Shown: one piece after another, positions 51,679 to 60,835 of the stretch
Position numbering within the stretch: the first letter of the stretch is position 1
Layout: every line of letters begins with the position of its first letter
From: Deltaproteobacteria bacterium UBA4427
GTDB taxonomy: Bacteria > Myxococcota_A > UBA9160 > UBA4427
Direction: 5' to 3'
NCBI GenBank assembly: GCA_002390675.1
Contig: DGPZ01000195.1
Coordinates: forward strand, 67,095-131,094
DNA: 64,000 nucleotides
Translations under genes and position numbers: made by a program
The notes under the pieces: model-generated
Seen by the model: the letters and a program-made list of their open reading frames with translations, nothing else
Database searches by the model: none
What the model was told of the DNA's origin: nothing

Positions 51679-53130
51679 GTGCGACGATTCGGTACTAAGA
51701 CCGTATCCCGCGGTGCCGGAGCCCTAGTGATCTCATTAAGTGCGTTTACGAGCCGATTTCTGTTTTTGATGGCTTTCGGATCGCTTCTGTTTATTTTCGG
51801 AGGCTGCGCAATGCTCGCTCAGTCGGGCGACGAGGATGAGATGTTGAAGGGGGCCGCAGCCGATGAAGTGGACCCCGCGATCTACACAGCGATCAATGAC
51901 CCAAACGATCCCTACGGCTATAAATACGCTGAATTCAGGGAGCGCCGCGAACGCGACATGGCGGATCCTGATTCGCCGCGGCCCCTTCCGCGCTACGGCG
52001 CGCGTCATCAAACGACGGGGACGCCATGGGGCGATTTGGAAAATCTGTTCCCAATCGATTGGGACGGGCTTCGAGAGTCGACACCGAAGCGTGTCGAGCA
52101 GCTTAAAGGCGCGATGCGCTTGCGGGTGGCCTTCGATCATCCCGATCTCAAAATCAGTCAGCTGGTGCTTGGACCAGAGGCCGTCCTGCCGGGGCATGCC
52201 GATGGCGCCCCGGGTGCGTATATCGTGATCTCGGGGCGCGGAGAGATTCGTGTCGGGAGCGAAAACGCTCGCGTGACGACGGGATCTACAGTGAAGCTCG
52301 AGCCTTATGTCGTGCGAAGTTTGAAAGCCTCGGCGGAGGAACCTCTTCGTTTGTTGTGGATCCGTTGGGCTCCGGGAGGCGACCAGTCGTATGTTGATGC
52401 TGGCTACTACCTAACAGGCGCGAATCAGCATATTCAGCCCGAGCAGGCGAAATTCGAAGACGGCTATCTTTTCTGGGGCGGAGTGGATGAGGCCTATGGT
52501 CCCGTCGAAACTGCTGTGAACCCCACGCCTTCGGGAGCGGTTCCGGTATACGCTGATGCGGCGGTCGGTCTTCGCGCAGCGAAAGCGACCTTCAATGCGA
52601 ATGAGCCGCTCTATCCCGGCGTTTCCGTGTTTGCGCACGACAGCAAAATTTCTTGGCTTTCGGCCGAGACTCTTAAGAAGGGCGGATTCTTTTTCTCGGA
52701 TGATCTTGGCTCGCTCTTGGACGTCGCGGAGCAGATGATTCAGATCGCGCGTCACAAGGCGATTTTTCGAGCAAGCCGGCCCGATGGGCGTTGGGATTTT
52801 AACTTCTCTGAATCTGCGTGGGGCGCGCGGTCGACCTATGTCGAACATAGTCACGTGATTCCCGAATTCTACTATGTGTTAAGCGGCCCCGTAATCTACG
52901 GAGTCGATGGCGAACGGTATGAGAGCATGCCTGGCGATATCCTTTTCAATAATAGCTACTCGCCGCATCTCGCCCAGGGGATCGTTGAGGGCCTCGTCTT
53001 TCGTTCCTTCTCGTCGACCTTCGCGCCGAATGGCGACCGAAGTGTCTTTGAACGCCCCTATTTCATGATCGAGCCTCTGACCGATCAAGCTGCGGGATCG
53101 GTGCTTCCCGACGGCATCGAGTTCCACTGA
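51679..53130 (+). CDS. bicupin lipoprotein
   Basis: Lipobox LLFIFGGC. Two cupin-like cores: LPGHADGAPGAYIVISGRGEIRVG and HSHVIPEFYYVLSGPVIYGVDGERYESMPGDILF. Confidence 0.7.
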   Translation: MRRFGTKTVSRGAGALVISLSAFTSRFLFLMAFGSLLFIFGGCAMLAQSGDEDEMLKGAAADEVDPAIYTAINDPNDPYGYKYAEFRERRERDMADPDSPRPLPRYGARHQTTGTPWGDLENLFPIDWDGLRESTPKRVEQLKGAMRLRVAFDHPDLKISQLVLGPEAVLPGHADGAPGAYIVISGRGEIRVGSENARVTTGSTVKLEPYVVRSLKASAEEPLRLLWIRWAPGGDQSYVDAGYYLTGANQHIQPEQAKFEDGYLFWGGVDEAYGPVETAVNPTPSGAVPVYADAAVGLRAAKATFNANEPLYPGVSVFAHDSKISWLSAETLKKGGFFFSDDLGSLLDVAEQMIQIARHKAIFRASRPDGRWDFNFSESAWGARSTYVEHSHVIPEFYYVLSGPVIYGVDGERYESMPGDILFNNSYSPHLAQGIVEGLVFRSFSSTFAPNGDRSVFERPYFMIEPLTDQAAGSVLPDGIEFH

Positions 53131-53166
53131 TACGTAGACTCATTCGCGAAAAGGCCAGATCTCTCG

Positions 53167-54066
53167 ATGAACCGCTTACCGACCACAGTAGATGGACTCC
53201 GGAAAGTACTTGCGGGCTTCGCAACCCGTGAGGGCATGCTCGCGGGGCTTTCGTTTCGGCCGCGGCCGACGGACGTGTTCATAGCTACCTTCGCGAAAAG
53301 CGGAACGACGCTCTTGCAGCAGATCGTGCATGGGCTGCGCACGGGGGGCGATATGGACTTCGAAGACATCTCGGAAGTCGTTCCTTGGATTGAGATGGCC
53401 GTCGATACAGGGATCGATGCGACGGCTTCACAGCGCGCCGAGCCGCGTGCCTTCAAGACCCATCTCGACTGGGGTGCTTTGCCGAAGGGAGGCCGCGCGA
53501 TTTGGGTTGTCCGAGATCCTGAATCCGTGATCGTCTCGCATTACCACTTCTTTTCGGGCTGGTTTTTCGAACCCGGCAGTATTGGGTTTGAAGAGTTCGC
53601 GCTGGACTTCGTTCTGTCCCGCGATGGCCGACATCAGTATTGGGATCACCTCGTCTCGTGGTGGGCGCACAAGGACGATCCCGAGGTGCTGCCACTTTGC
53701 TATGAGACGGTGGTCGAGGATCTTGCTGTTGCGGTTCAACAAGTGAGCGATTTCTTGGATCTTGCTTGCGATGAACAGAGAATCGAACTTGCGACGCGCC
53801 AAGCTGAGCTCGATTTTATGAAGGGGTACCCGACGCTCTGGGAGGATGTTCTTCTTAGGAGGCACCGTAACTCCGCGATGAACCTGCCAGAGGGTGCAGG
53901 CAGCACGAAGGTTCGCGAGGGAAAAACCTTGGGGCCCCGGGCCGAGATGACGCCAGCGGTTCGAGAGGCGTGGACGTCGCGATGGAACGAAATCGTGACT
54001 CCGGCCACGGGATGCGAGGACTACCCGGCTCTTCGGCGGGCGATGAAAAGCTCTACTGAGAGCTAG
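53167..54066 (+). CDS. sulfotransferase-domain protein
   Basis: PAPS loop ATFAKSGTTLLQQIV, followed by KTHL and the RDP...VS region. Confidence 0.85.
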   Translation: MNRLPTTVDGLRKVLAGFATREGMLAGLSFRPRPTDVFIATFAKSGTTLLQQIVHGLRTGGDMDFEDISEVVPWIEMAVDTGIDATASQRAEPRAFKTHLDWGALPKGGRAIWVVRDPESVIVSHYHFFSGWFFEPGSIGFEEFALDFVLSRDGRHQYWDHLVSWWAHKDDPEVLPLCYETVVEDLAVAVQQVSDFLDLACDEQRIELATRQAELDFMKGYPTLWEDVLLRRHRNSAMNLPEGAGSTKVREGKTLGPRAEMTPAVREAWTSRWNEIVTPATGCEDYPALRRAMKSSTES

Positions 54067-54102
54067 TCGAAGCGTCTATGCTCACGCTTTCCCTGAGCCG
54101 GA

Positions 54103-55371
54103 GTGTTCTTGTCCCCGAATTCGAATGATGACCCAAATCCCTCCGAGACGGAGGTGTCCGCAAGTGGGACGGCGCAAGCAATAGCGACCTTTCGGTTGCC
54201 GCATTACGGGATGCTCTGGTCCTCGAACCTAATCCAGTTCATTTGTTTCCACGTGCTCTTCTTGGCGATGCAGTGGTTGGTGACCTCGCTAACCGATCTG
54301 CGCATAGCGGTGGGCTTCTTAGCGTTCGTGCAAGGCGGAACAATCGCGCTCGCATCGCCCTTTGCAGGCGTGATCGTCGATCGCCATCCAAAGCGGAACC
54401 TAATGATCTTTGGCCGACTAGGTGTCGCCGTGGTTGCAATATCCATGGGACTTCTGTCCTACGGCGGTTTGATCGAATACTGGCATCTGCTGGTGATGGC
54501 GATCGTTGGGGGCACCTTAGCGGCGCTCTTAGGCCCGGCGGCGCAGACCTATGTCGTGGACGTTGTGGGCCGCAAACGAACCGATCACGCAATTTCGCTG
54601 AACGCGATCGGAGGCTCCGTCGGGACGATAGGCGGCGCCGCGCTTGCAGGGCTTTTGATCAAGGAACTTGGTGTCGTGTCGACGTATTTCGCGGCCGCGG
54701 CCGGCGTCGTTCTGGCGGGACTATTGCTGCTTACGATCCCCATTCCGGGGCATGCCGAACGGAAGGAGCGCACCTCGCTGCGATCAGATCTGGTTGAGGG
54801 CCTCGCATATGTTAGGGCACGCCCGCATCTGCTATTGGCGCTCGCGGCTTGTGCGATGGCGCTCTTCAATGGAGCGATCAGCCCGATGCGGGTGATCTAT
54901 GCTCGGCATGTCTTTGGGGCGGGTGCGGATGCGTTCGGCATGATGTCCGTGTTTCACGGAGGCGGCACCATGCTCGCGGCTCTTTTCCTGACGCTGCGGC
55001 CGCCGAGTCGAAATTTCGGCGTGCTGATCACAGGGACTATGCTGCTCTACGCGCTCGGCGTCCTGATGTATTCCTTCGCGTTCTCGTTCGAATACATCCT
55101 GGCAGTCGAGTTCTGGCTCGGCATTTCCGGGCAGGCGTGGCATATATGCGCACTGATCGGGTTCCAGCTCGCGGTCCCCGAGGAAATGCGGGGCCGCGTA
55201 TTGAGTATGGTGTTCACCCTCGCTCAGCTTGGCTTTGTGGGGGGATTCATAGTAGGTGGCCTGGCTGACCAGCTCGGCGATCAGGTTGCAGTTGGCGTAT
55301 TTGGAGCGATTCCAACGATCCTGCTCTCCTGCATGCTGGTCTTTGGATGGAAGAGCTTGCGCAAGATGTGA
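54103..55371 (+). CDS. MFS transporter
   Basis: About 12 TM helices, with a D-R-x-x-K-R-like loop (VDRHPKRNL) between TM2 and TM3. Confidence 0.85.
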   Translation: MFLSPNSNDDPNPSETEVSASGTAQAIATFRLPHYGMLWSSNLIQFICFHVLFLAMQWLVTSLTDLRIAVGFLAFVQGGTIALASPFAGVIVDRHPKRNLMIFGRLGVAVVAISMGLLSYGGLIEYWHLLVMAIVGGTLAALLGPAAQTYVVDVVGRKRTDHAISLNAIGGSVGTIGGAALAGLLIKELGVVSTYFAAAAGVVLAGLLLLTIPIPGHAERKERTSLRSDLVEGLAYVRARPHLLLALAACAMALFNGAISPMRVIYARHVFGAGADAFGMMSVFHGGGTMLAALFLTLRPPSRNFGVLITGTMLLYALGVLMYSFAFSFEYILAVEFWLGISGQAWHICALIGFQLAVPEEMRGRVLSMVFTLAQLGFVGGFIVGGLADQLGDQVAVGVFGAIPTILLSCMLVFGWKSLRKM

Positions 55372-55402
55372 TTGAGTTTGAGCCGGATGAAATCGCGAGT
55401 TG

Positions 55403-56281
55403 TTAGTCCGAATCCTTGATTGCTGAGGCATCTCCTAGAGTCACGCGGGTGCCGTCGGTTTTTTCGACCCAGACATCACAATGGACACGGGTCTCGGTGC
55501 CTTCGGGAGTTTCGTCCCGCACGCGGGCATGGGCCGTCACGGTTTCATCGACCCAAAGAACGTTGGTGAGCTTGACGGACATTCGCCCACCCGCGAGCCA
55601 GCCCATTCCGAAGTGATCCTGCATGACTTGGGAGATAAAGCAGGTTGACATCATGCCTTGGACTACGATGGTCGGGAAGCCAAGCTTCTTCGCCTCTTCC
55701 CGGTCCGTGTGATAGTTCTTGGCCGGTCCCGAGAACATCCAACAGCGTCGATCGTCGATGACTTTCTCGACGGAGCCTAGGTCGGGACCTTCGGTGGTAG
55801 GGAAGGGCGGTCGAGTGGGCTTCTTGGCGGCACTCTTTTCGTCGACAACGAATCCGCCGACCTCCTGATCATCCTTCGGAGGAAGGAAGGACTGAAATGT
55901 GCGGCCGCGCACGAGCAGCTTTCCCTCTTCGCCGGGTTCGTCGCTCATGAGGTCGGTCTCGTTAACGACCCAGTCGCGACCGCGGCGTGAATAACGGTCG
56001 ATGATCGTGGATCGTGTCCGGACGCGAGAGCCTATGGGGATCGGTGCGAACATCGACCAGTCCTGTTGGCCGTGGAGGTTTCCGAACAGATTCGCGAGAT
56101 ACCAGTCGCCGACAAACTCGTAGCATTCAGAATGATGAAGCAGAGGCGGCGCATAACGCTCATGAAGCGGATGTTCGTCACCGAGAGCACTTTGATAAAA
56201 AGCGACAGTCTCTTTGTCGATGGTGTAGATGTTCGAGCCGCAGTGTTTGCCAACGAGTGCCGGTTCGCCTTTGATGTTCAT
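55403..56281 (-). CDS. MaoC-family (double hot-dog) dehydratase
   Basis: 292 aa. N-terminal hot-dog with DEHPLH, and C-terminal FPTIVVQGMMSTCFISQVM. Confidence 0.8.
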   Translation of the reverse strand: MNIKGEPALVGKHCGSNIYTIDKETVAFYQSALGDEHPLHERYAPPLLHHSECYEFVGDWYLANLFGNLHGQQDWSMFAPIPIGSRVRTRSTIIDRYSRRGRDWVVNETDLMSDEPGEEGKLLVRGRTFQSFLPPKDDQEVGGFVVDEKSAAKKPTRPPFPTTEGPDLGSVEKVIDDRRCWMFSGPAKNYHTDREEAKKLGFPTIVVQGMMSTCFISQVMQDHFGMGWLAGGRMSVKLTNVLWVDETVTAHARVRDETPEGTETRVHCDVWVEKTDGTRVTLGDASAIKDSD

Positions 56282-56319
56282 GGAGGTCCCTCGCGTTCTG
56301 GAATGGTCGGGTTTACGGA

Positions 56320-57378
56320 CTAGCGAAGATGGCTGAAGAGTTCGCCCCGCACCTTTGGGTTGCTGAGCTTCCAGATTGCGCCGTCGATGAAGTAGTGATG
56401 AATCGCGACGCAGGCGATAAATCCCCGAAACAGCAGGCGTGCCGTATCGTTCGAATACCAGCCTTCACCAAGGGCCATCGCCGCGAGTGGCGGTCCGTGA
56501 AGAAAGATCCCGCCGGCGAGAGCGATCCCAGCGAAGGTGAGCGCTACATGGCGACGAATCTGCGAGGGCGAGCGCGGTTCATCCGATGACGCCGAATATC
56601 GATTCGCTTCGATCCGCAGAGGGAACGCTAGGTATTGCAGCGCGTGCGAGATCTGCACCCAGAGAAATCCGCCCGGGACGAAATACCAGAACGGATACCA
56701 GATATAGAGTGCGAGCCAGGGGAAGATGATGCGAGGGGACAAGCTCTGCCCTCGTCGTGCGGCGGAGACAAAGGCCCAGCCCCCCGCGAAGAGGCTGAGT
56801 ATTGCCATGCCGACAATCCCTTGGAAAACGACCCCGTAGGCGGCGATATAGCGGGCGGGCTCGATCCACTCTGCGGGTGGAAGCCGACCGGATAGCGAGA
56901 AGAGCACGTGCAGAGCGAGCAGGATCCGCATTCCGCCGCGGATCGCGTAACGCTCGTTTTGGGTGAACTTGACGCCAAGGATCCGACCGAAGGCGGAGAC
57001 CATGCCCCAGGCTTGACCTGTGTAGTGCCAGGCCAGATAGACGGAGCTCGCGAAGACGAGATTCTGGATGATTTCGTTGCGGGCGAAACCTACTGCGGCG
57101 ATTGCGAGAATACCTAGGAGCGCGACCGGGACAAAGATTGCGGACCAGCGATTGAGCAACACCTCTTCGCGAGAGACGTAGAGGAGTCGGTAGGATGCCA
57201 TGAAATGGGTCGAATTGATGAGCACCATCAACACGATCCAGTCGCCATCCACAAACTCGAGGGACCCGCCCCAAGCTGCCCACCAAAGCAGAAGTAATCC
57301 CATCGCGAAGGTCGATAGGCCGCCGGTAATGACCAGGTCGAGAGTGGGTGTCGTGATCGAGGGCGAGCGTACTTGCAT
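56320..57378 (-). CDS. polytopic membrane protein of unknown function with four His motifs
   Basis: About 9 TM helices. His-containing motifs NSTHFMASY, LAWHYTGQAWG, QISHALQYLAFP and AIHHYFIDGAIWKL. No family recognised. Confidence 0.7.
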   Translation of the reverse strand: MQVRSPSITTPTLDLVITGGLSTFAMGLLLLWWAAWGGSLEFVDGDWIVLMVLINSTHFMASYRLLYVSREEVLLNRWSAIFVPVALLGILAIAAVGFARNEIIQNLVFASSVYLAWHYTGQAWGMVSAFGRILGVKFTQNERYAIRGGMRILLALHVLFSLSGRLPPAEWIEPARYIAAYGVVFQGIVGMAILSLFAGGWAFVSAARRGQSLSPRIIFPWLALYIWYPFWYFVPGGFLWVQISHALQYLAFPLRIEANRYSASSDEPRSPSQIRRHVALTFAGIALAGGIFLHGPPLAAMALGEGWYSNDTARLLFRGFIACVAIHHYFIDGAIWKLSNPKVRGELFSHLR

Positions 57379-57523
57379 AGTGGAGCACCAGTCTAGCGAA
57401 CTTGGCTCCGCGCCCAGGCTGGGCCTACTTCTTCTGCGCTTCGACCTTCTTTCGATACTAAGTGGCTCGTTCCCGCCAGAAATGACAGAGCTCGCAAACG
57501 GTCACAATGTCGATCGGAGGCTG

Positions 57524-60500
57524 CTATTTCGCGAGCTCGCGAATCTTGATGTTCCGAAACCAAACGGGGTCGCCGTGGTCTTGCAACACGATGTGGCCGG
57601 ACCGGGCGCGCCCGAATCCTTCCGTGCCATCGAATTTGCTCGCGGCTATGGCTTCGTCCCAGGCTGGGCTGCCGCGTACGATGTCGGCGAGGAGGACGTC
57701 ATTCAGCCAATGCTGGAGGCGTTCGCCTTCGACTCGGATACGCGCGGTATTCCATTCACCTACTGGACGCGCCGCAGCCTGTGCGAAGGATTGCAGATCG
57801 TAGAGATCGCCCGCGCGATGCAAATCGATCTGACCATCGGGATGTGCGGCGTCATCCAAGACCTGCATCTCGACTGCGTAATCCCAGGAGAGCGAACTTT
57901 CTTCGTTGGGGACCAGGTAGAAGATGCCGCTATTGCCGCCGGCAGAGATGCGCCAATCGATCGCGAGTTCGAAGTCGCTGAATTTTTCGCGGGTCATGAG
58001 GTCGATCGCGCCCGGCGTAAAGGGATTGATGTGATTCCAGATAAGACCCGCGAACGAAACATCCCGCGTGAAGTGAAACGCTTCGTCGTCGATCTCCCAA
58101 TACGGGGTCGCATCGTCCTTGGCGCCGTAAATTTTCCACCCTTCGAAGTTCTCACCATCAAATAACAGGCGCCAACCCATTTTCCGCTCCTCGTCGCTGA
58201 GCTGGTTGGCAGTCGCAGGCAGTTCGTCATTCAGGTCCGAGGAGACATCGTTAGGCGGAATGGCGTTGACGGTGTACCAGGCCTCACGAACCCAGAGCGT
58301 CTCTCCCGATTCGGACCGAATGGACTCGGGGAGTCGTAGGTAGACGATGCGATCCGTTTTCAGGTCGGGCACAACGAGGCGGAGCTGCTTCCGATCTTCG
58401 GAAAGCCGCACATGCGTAATTGAGAGGTCTCGGAGATCGTATTTGGGCCCGCCATAGATCTGGGACGGGATGTAGAACCAATCGCGCAAGACGATGTCCG
58501 AAGCCGCGAGTTCGCCCTCCTTTGCGAGAGGCCTCGTGAATTCGATCTCAAAACCATCCGACTGGATCGACATACGTAGGGGCTCGAAGGCTTTGTCTTG
58601 ACCCATGTCGACGATTTCGATCCCGAAATGGCGTTTATCCGATTCGCCCCAATTGCCATGGCTACCGACCTGGCCGACGACGAATCCGTCGCCCTCGGGC
58701 TTCGCGAGCAGACGATTGACCGGGCCTAAGAGTCCAGCAGAAAAGTGGAATGCGGCTCCTTGCATAGTGTCGTCGATTCGTTCGAGAGCGGCGCGCTTAA
58801 GGCCACCGTTGTAGATGTCGCCGAAGATGACCTGTCCCGCGTAGGGGCCTCGGGTGAGGAAGAGGGGCTCGGTCGGGGAGTTGCCGATTTCACTTTGAGG
58901 GAGCCAGAGTGCTGGGGGTGAAACTTCTTCGTCGGAGATCTCGACGCCGGGCCCGCGCCATCCGTAGTGCCGGCCCTTTTCCACATGAATGAGCTTGCTC
59001 GAGGGTAGCCAGTCGCCTTGATTATCTGTTGCGAAGAGTTCCCCGTCCGGCGAGAAGCCGAGGCCATTGGGTGTGCGAAAGCCCGATGCGAGATACTCGA
59101 TTGCTTTAGGTTGATTCTCATCTTCGTCGAGCGCCACGCGAAAAACGCGACCCCGCGCCGAGGTCTGTTCGCGGCAGCTCTTGCCTCCGTTCAGGACACA
59201 GGCCGAAAGGGAGCCGTAGAGTGCTCCGTCCCGGGCTTCTAGGCCAAAGCCAAATTCGTGAAAGTTGGACGTGACGGGCCAATCGTTCGCGACGGTCCGG
59301 TACTCATCGATCCAATCGTCTCCGTTGTGATCGAGGAGGCGAGTCACCTCGTGCTTTTGCATGACGTAGATGCCGTCGTCGACGACCGCGAGCCCGAGCG
59401 GCTCGTGGAGACCTTCTGCTATTCGAACGATGCTCGGGGACGCTTTCGGATCTGCCCAGCCGTCGATGGCGAAGACCGCGCCGTCGGGATCCCAAGTCGA
59501 CACGCCGAGGCGCCCGTCCGGAAGCCAGGCGAGCCCGCCCACCAGAGGAGTGAAGTCGGGGGATTTGATTTCGTGGGACCGGAGGCTCGGGTGTAGTGAT
59601 TCCGGAGGAGCCAATGAGTCTCCGCGGAAGCTCCAAGTCGCCTCGGCGCCATCGGTCTCTGCGGGGCTCGTGGGGGCATCTGCCGGAGGTGTGTCGAGGA
59701 TGCTCCTCGCGAGAGTCGCGGCCACTTCGAGTGAAATGTCAGGATGGGCCGGCATCTCTGCTCCGCCCCAGCGACCTTTGCTGCCTTCGCGAATGCGTAT
59801 GGCGAGCATCTTCGTTGCGATGTCTCGATTGGACCCGGTTTCGCGGAGAGCAACTTCGCTCCAAGCCGGACCGACGATCCGCTCTCGAGTGCTGTGACAG
59901 GTGCTGCAGTCGTAGTCGGCGAAGAGAGAGGCGGCGGCAGTGAGCTGATCGGGCGGCGCTAAGTCGACCATCGCGCCGGCGAAGTCCCTACGGATCGACG
60001 CGTTCTTGATCTTAGGCGGGAAGACATAGAGATCTTCTCGCTTCGTTAGGCCCATTGTCGTGGCAGGGGTGAGAATTATGTTATTCAGGATGAGCGCAAC
60101 GGGAGGCCCATCTGTAATTTCGAATCGCCGGGTTAGCGTGGCGCCCGGGAGTTTGACTGCAATTTCTCGTTCCGGCCATTCTGTGATCGTTCGTTTCGGC
60201 CCGTTGGGAGCGAATACGTCGAAGCGAATCCAAAGCGCATCGCCGTCGGGCGAGAACCCGTGCCCTCGCCACTGAATCTCCGCGGGCTTCCATTCTCCTT
60301 CTTGCTGGATGCGCCAGGCGGTTTCCAAAGGGGCACGCAGGTAGGCGCTTCCGCGACTTGTCGGCTCCCGACCATGGCGGGCATCGTAGACCGGGCCTGT
60401 GTAGTCAATGTCACCATTCCAGAATTGATGGATCGATGCAGTCTCTGTGCTGTAGGCGAGCCATAGCTCGGGGGCGAGCGCGGCCGCGAGGATTCTGGGG

Positions 60501-60772
60501 CGACCGTCTAGACTGCTTCGGATCACCCACGGAGAGTTCCCCCGGCCAAGATGCGGACGGCGATCGAAGCCGGCGCGATCGATGACCGCAGAGGGGAAGA
60601 CCTGATTCTTCACAAGGACCAAAAATTCTAAGGTTGGATACTGTTCGATCTGTGCTCGGAAGTCTTCGGGTTGCTGCGCGAGCCAGAGTCGAAATCCAGC
60701 GAATGTGAGGAGGGGGAATGTGATCAGGAAGATCGCGCAAATAACGACCAGGCGTTGAATGACGGTCTTCAA
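57524..60772 (-). CDS. 1082-aa membrane-anchored multidomain protein: cytochrome c + PQQ/SGL-type beta-propeller + DUF1080 (3-keto-disaccharide hydrolase-like) domain
   Basis: N-terminal TM helix and heme motif CSTCHS. The propeller region carries GLAVVDDGIYV...NGLGFSPDGELFATDNQGDW. The C-terminal DUF1080 pattern is GWRLLFDGENFEGWK...GNSGIFYLV...GHIVLQDHGDPVWFRNIKIREL. Confidence 0.85.
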   Translation of the reverse strand: MKTVIQRLVVICAIFLITFPLLTFAGFRLWLAQQPEDFRAQIEQYPTLEFLVLVKNQVFPSAVIDRAGFDRRPHLGRGNSPWVIRSSLDGRPRILAAALAPELWLAYSTETASIHQFWNGDIDYTGPVYDARHGREPTSRGSAYLRAPLETAWRIQQEGEWKPAEIQWRGHGFSPDGDALWIRFDVFAPNGPKRTITEWPEREIAVKLPGATLTRRFEITDGPPVALILNNIILTPATTMGLTKREDLYVFPPKIKNASIRRDFAGAMVDLAPPDQLTAAASLFADYDCSTCHSTRERIVGPAWSEVALRETGSNRDIATKMLAIRIREGSKGRWGGAEMPAHPDISLEVAATLARSILDTPPADAPTSPAETDGAEATWSFRGDSLAPPESLHPSLRSHEIKSPDFTPLVGGLAWLPDGRLGVSTWDPDGAVFAIDGWADPKASPSIVRIAEGLHEPLGLAVVDDGIYVMQKHEVTRLLDHNGDDWIDEYRTVANDWPVTSNFHEFGFGLEARDGALYGSLSACVLNGGKSCREQTSARGRVFRVALDEDENQPKAIEYLASGFRTPNGLGFSPDGELFATDNQGDWLPSSKLIHVEKGRHYGWRGPGVEISDEEVSPPALWLPQSEIGNSPTEPLFLTRGPYAGQVIFGDIYNGGLKRAALERIDDTMQGAAFHFSAGLLGPVNRLLAKPEGDGFVVGQVGSHGNWGESDKRHFGIEIVDMGQDKAFEPLRMSIQSDGFEIEFTRPLAKEGELAASDIVLRDWFYIPSQIYGGPKYDLRDLSITHVRLSEDRKQLRLVVPDLKTDRIVYLRLPESIRSESGETLWVREAWYTVNAIPPNDVSSDLNDELPATANQLSDEERKMGWRLLFDGENFEGWKIYGAKDDATPYWEIDDEAFHFTRDVSFAGLIWNHINPFTPGAIDLMTREKFSDFELAIDWRISAGGNSGIFYLVPNEESSLSWDYAVEMQVLDDAAHPDGQIDLHRAGDLYDLQSFAQAAARPVGEWNTARIRVEGERLQHWLNDVLLADIVRGSPAWDEAIAASKFDGTEGFGRARSGHIVLQDHGDPVWFRNIKIRELAK

Positions 60773-60835
60773 GGTTGGATCCTGAGGAGAGGTGTGTTGC
60801 TTAACTGATTCGCTGAAGCATGTCGCGCGGTTTGG

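Noticed and set aside
56579-57388. 269-aa minus-strand ORF
   Set aside because: It is an alternative frame of the polytopic membrane protein 56320..57378. It is Arg/Pro-rich, whereas the chosen frame gives regular hydrophobic helices.
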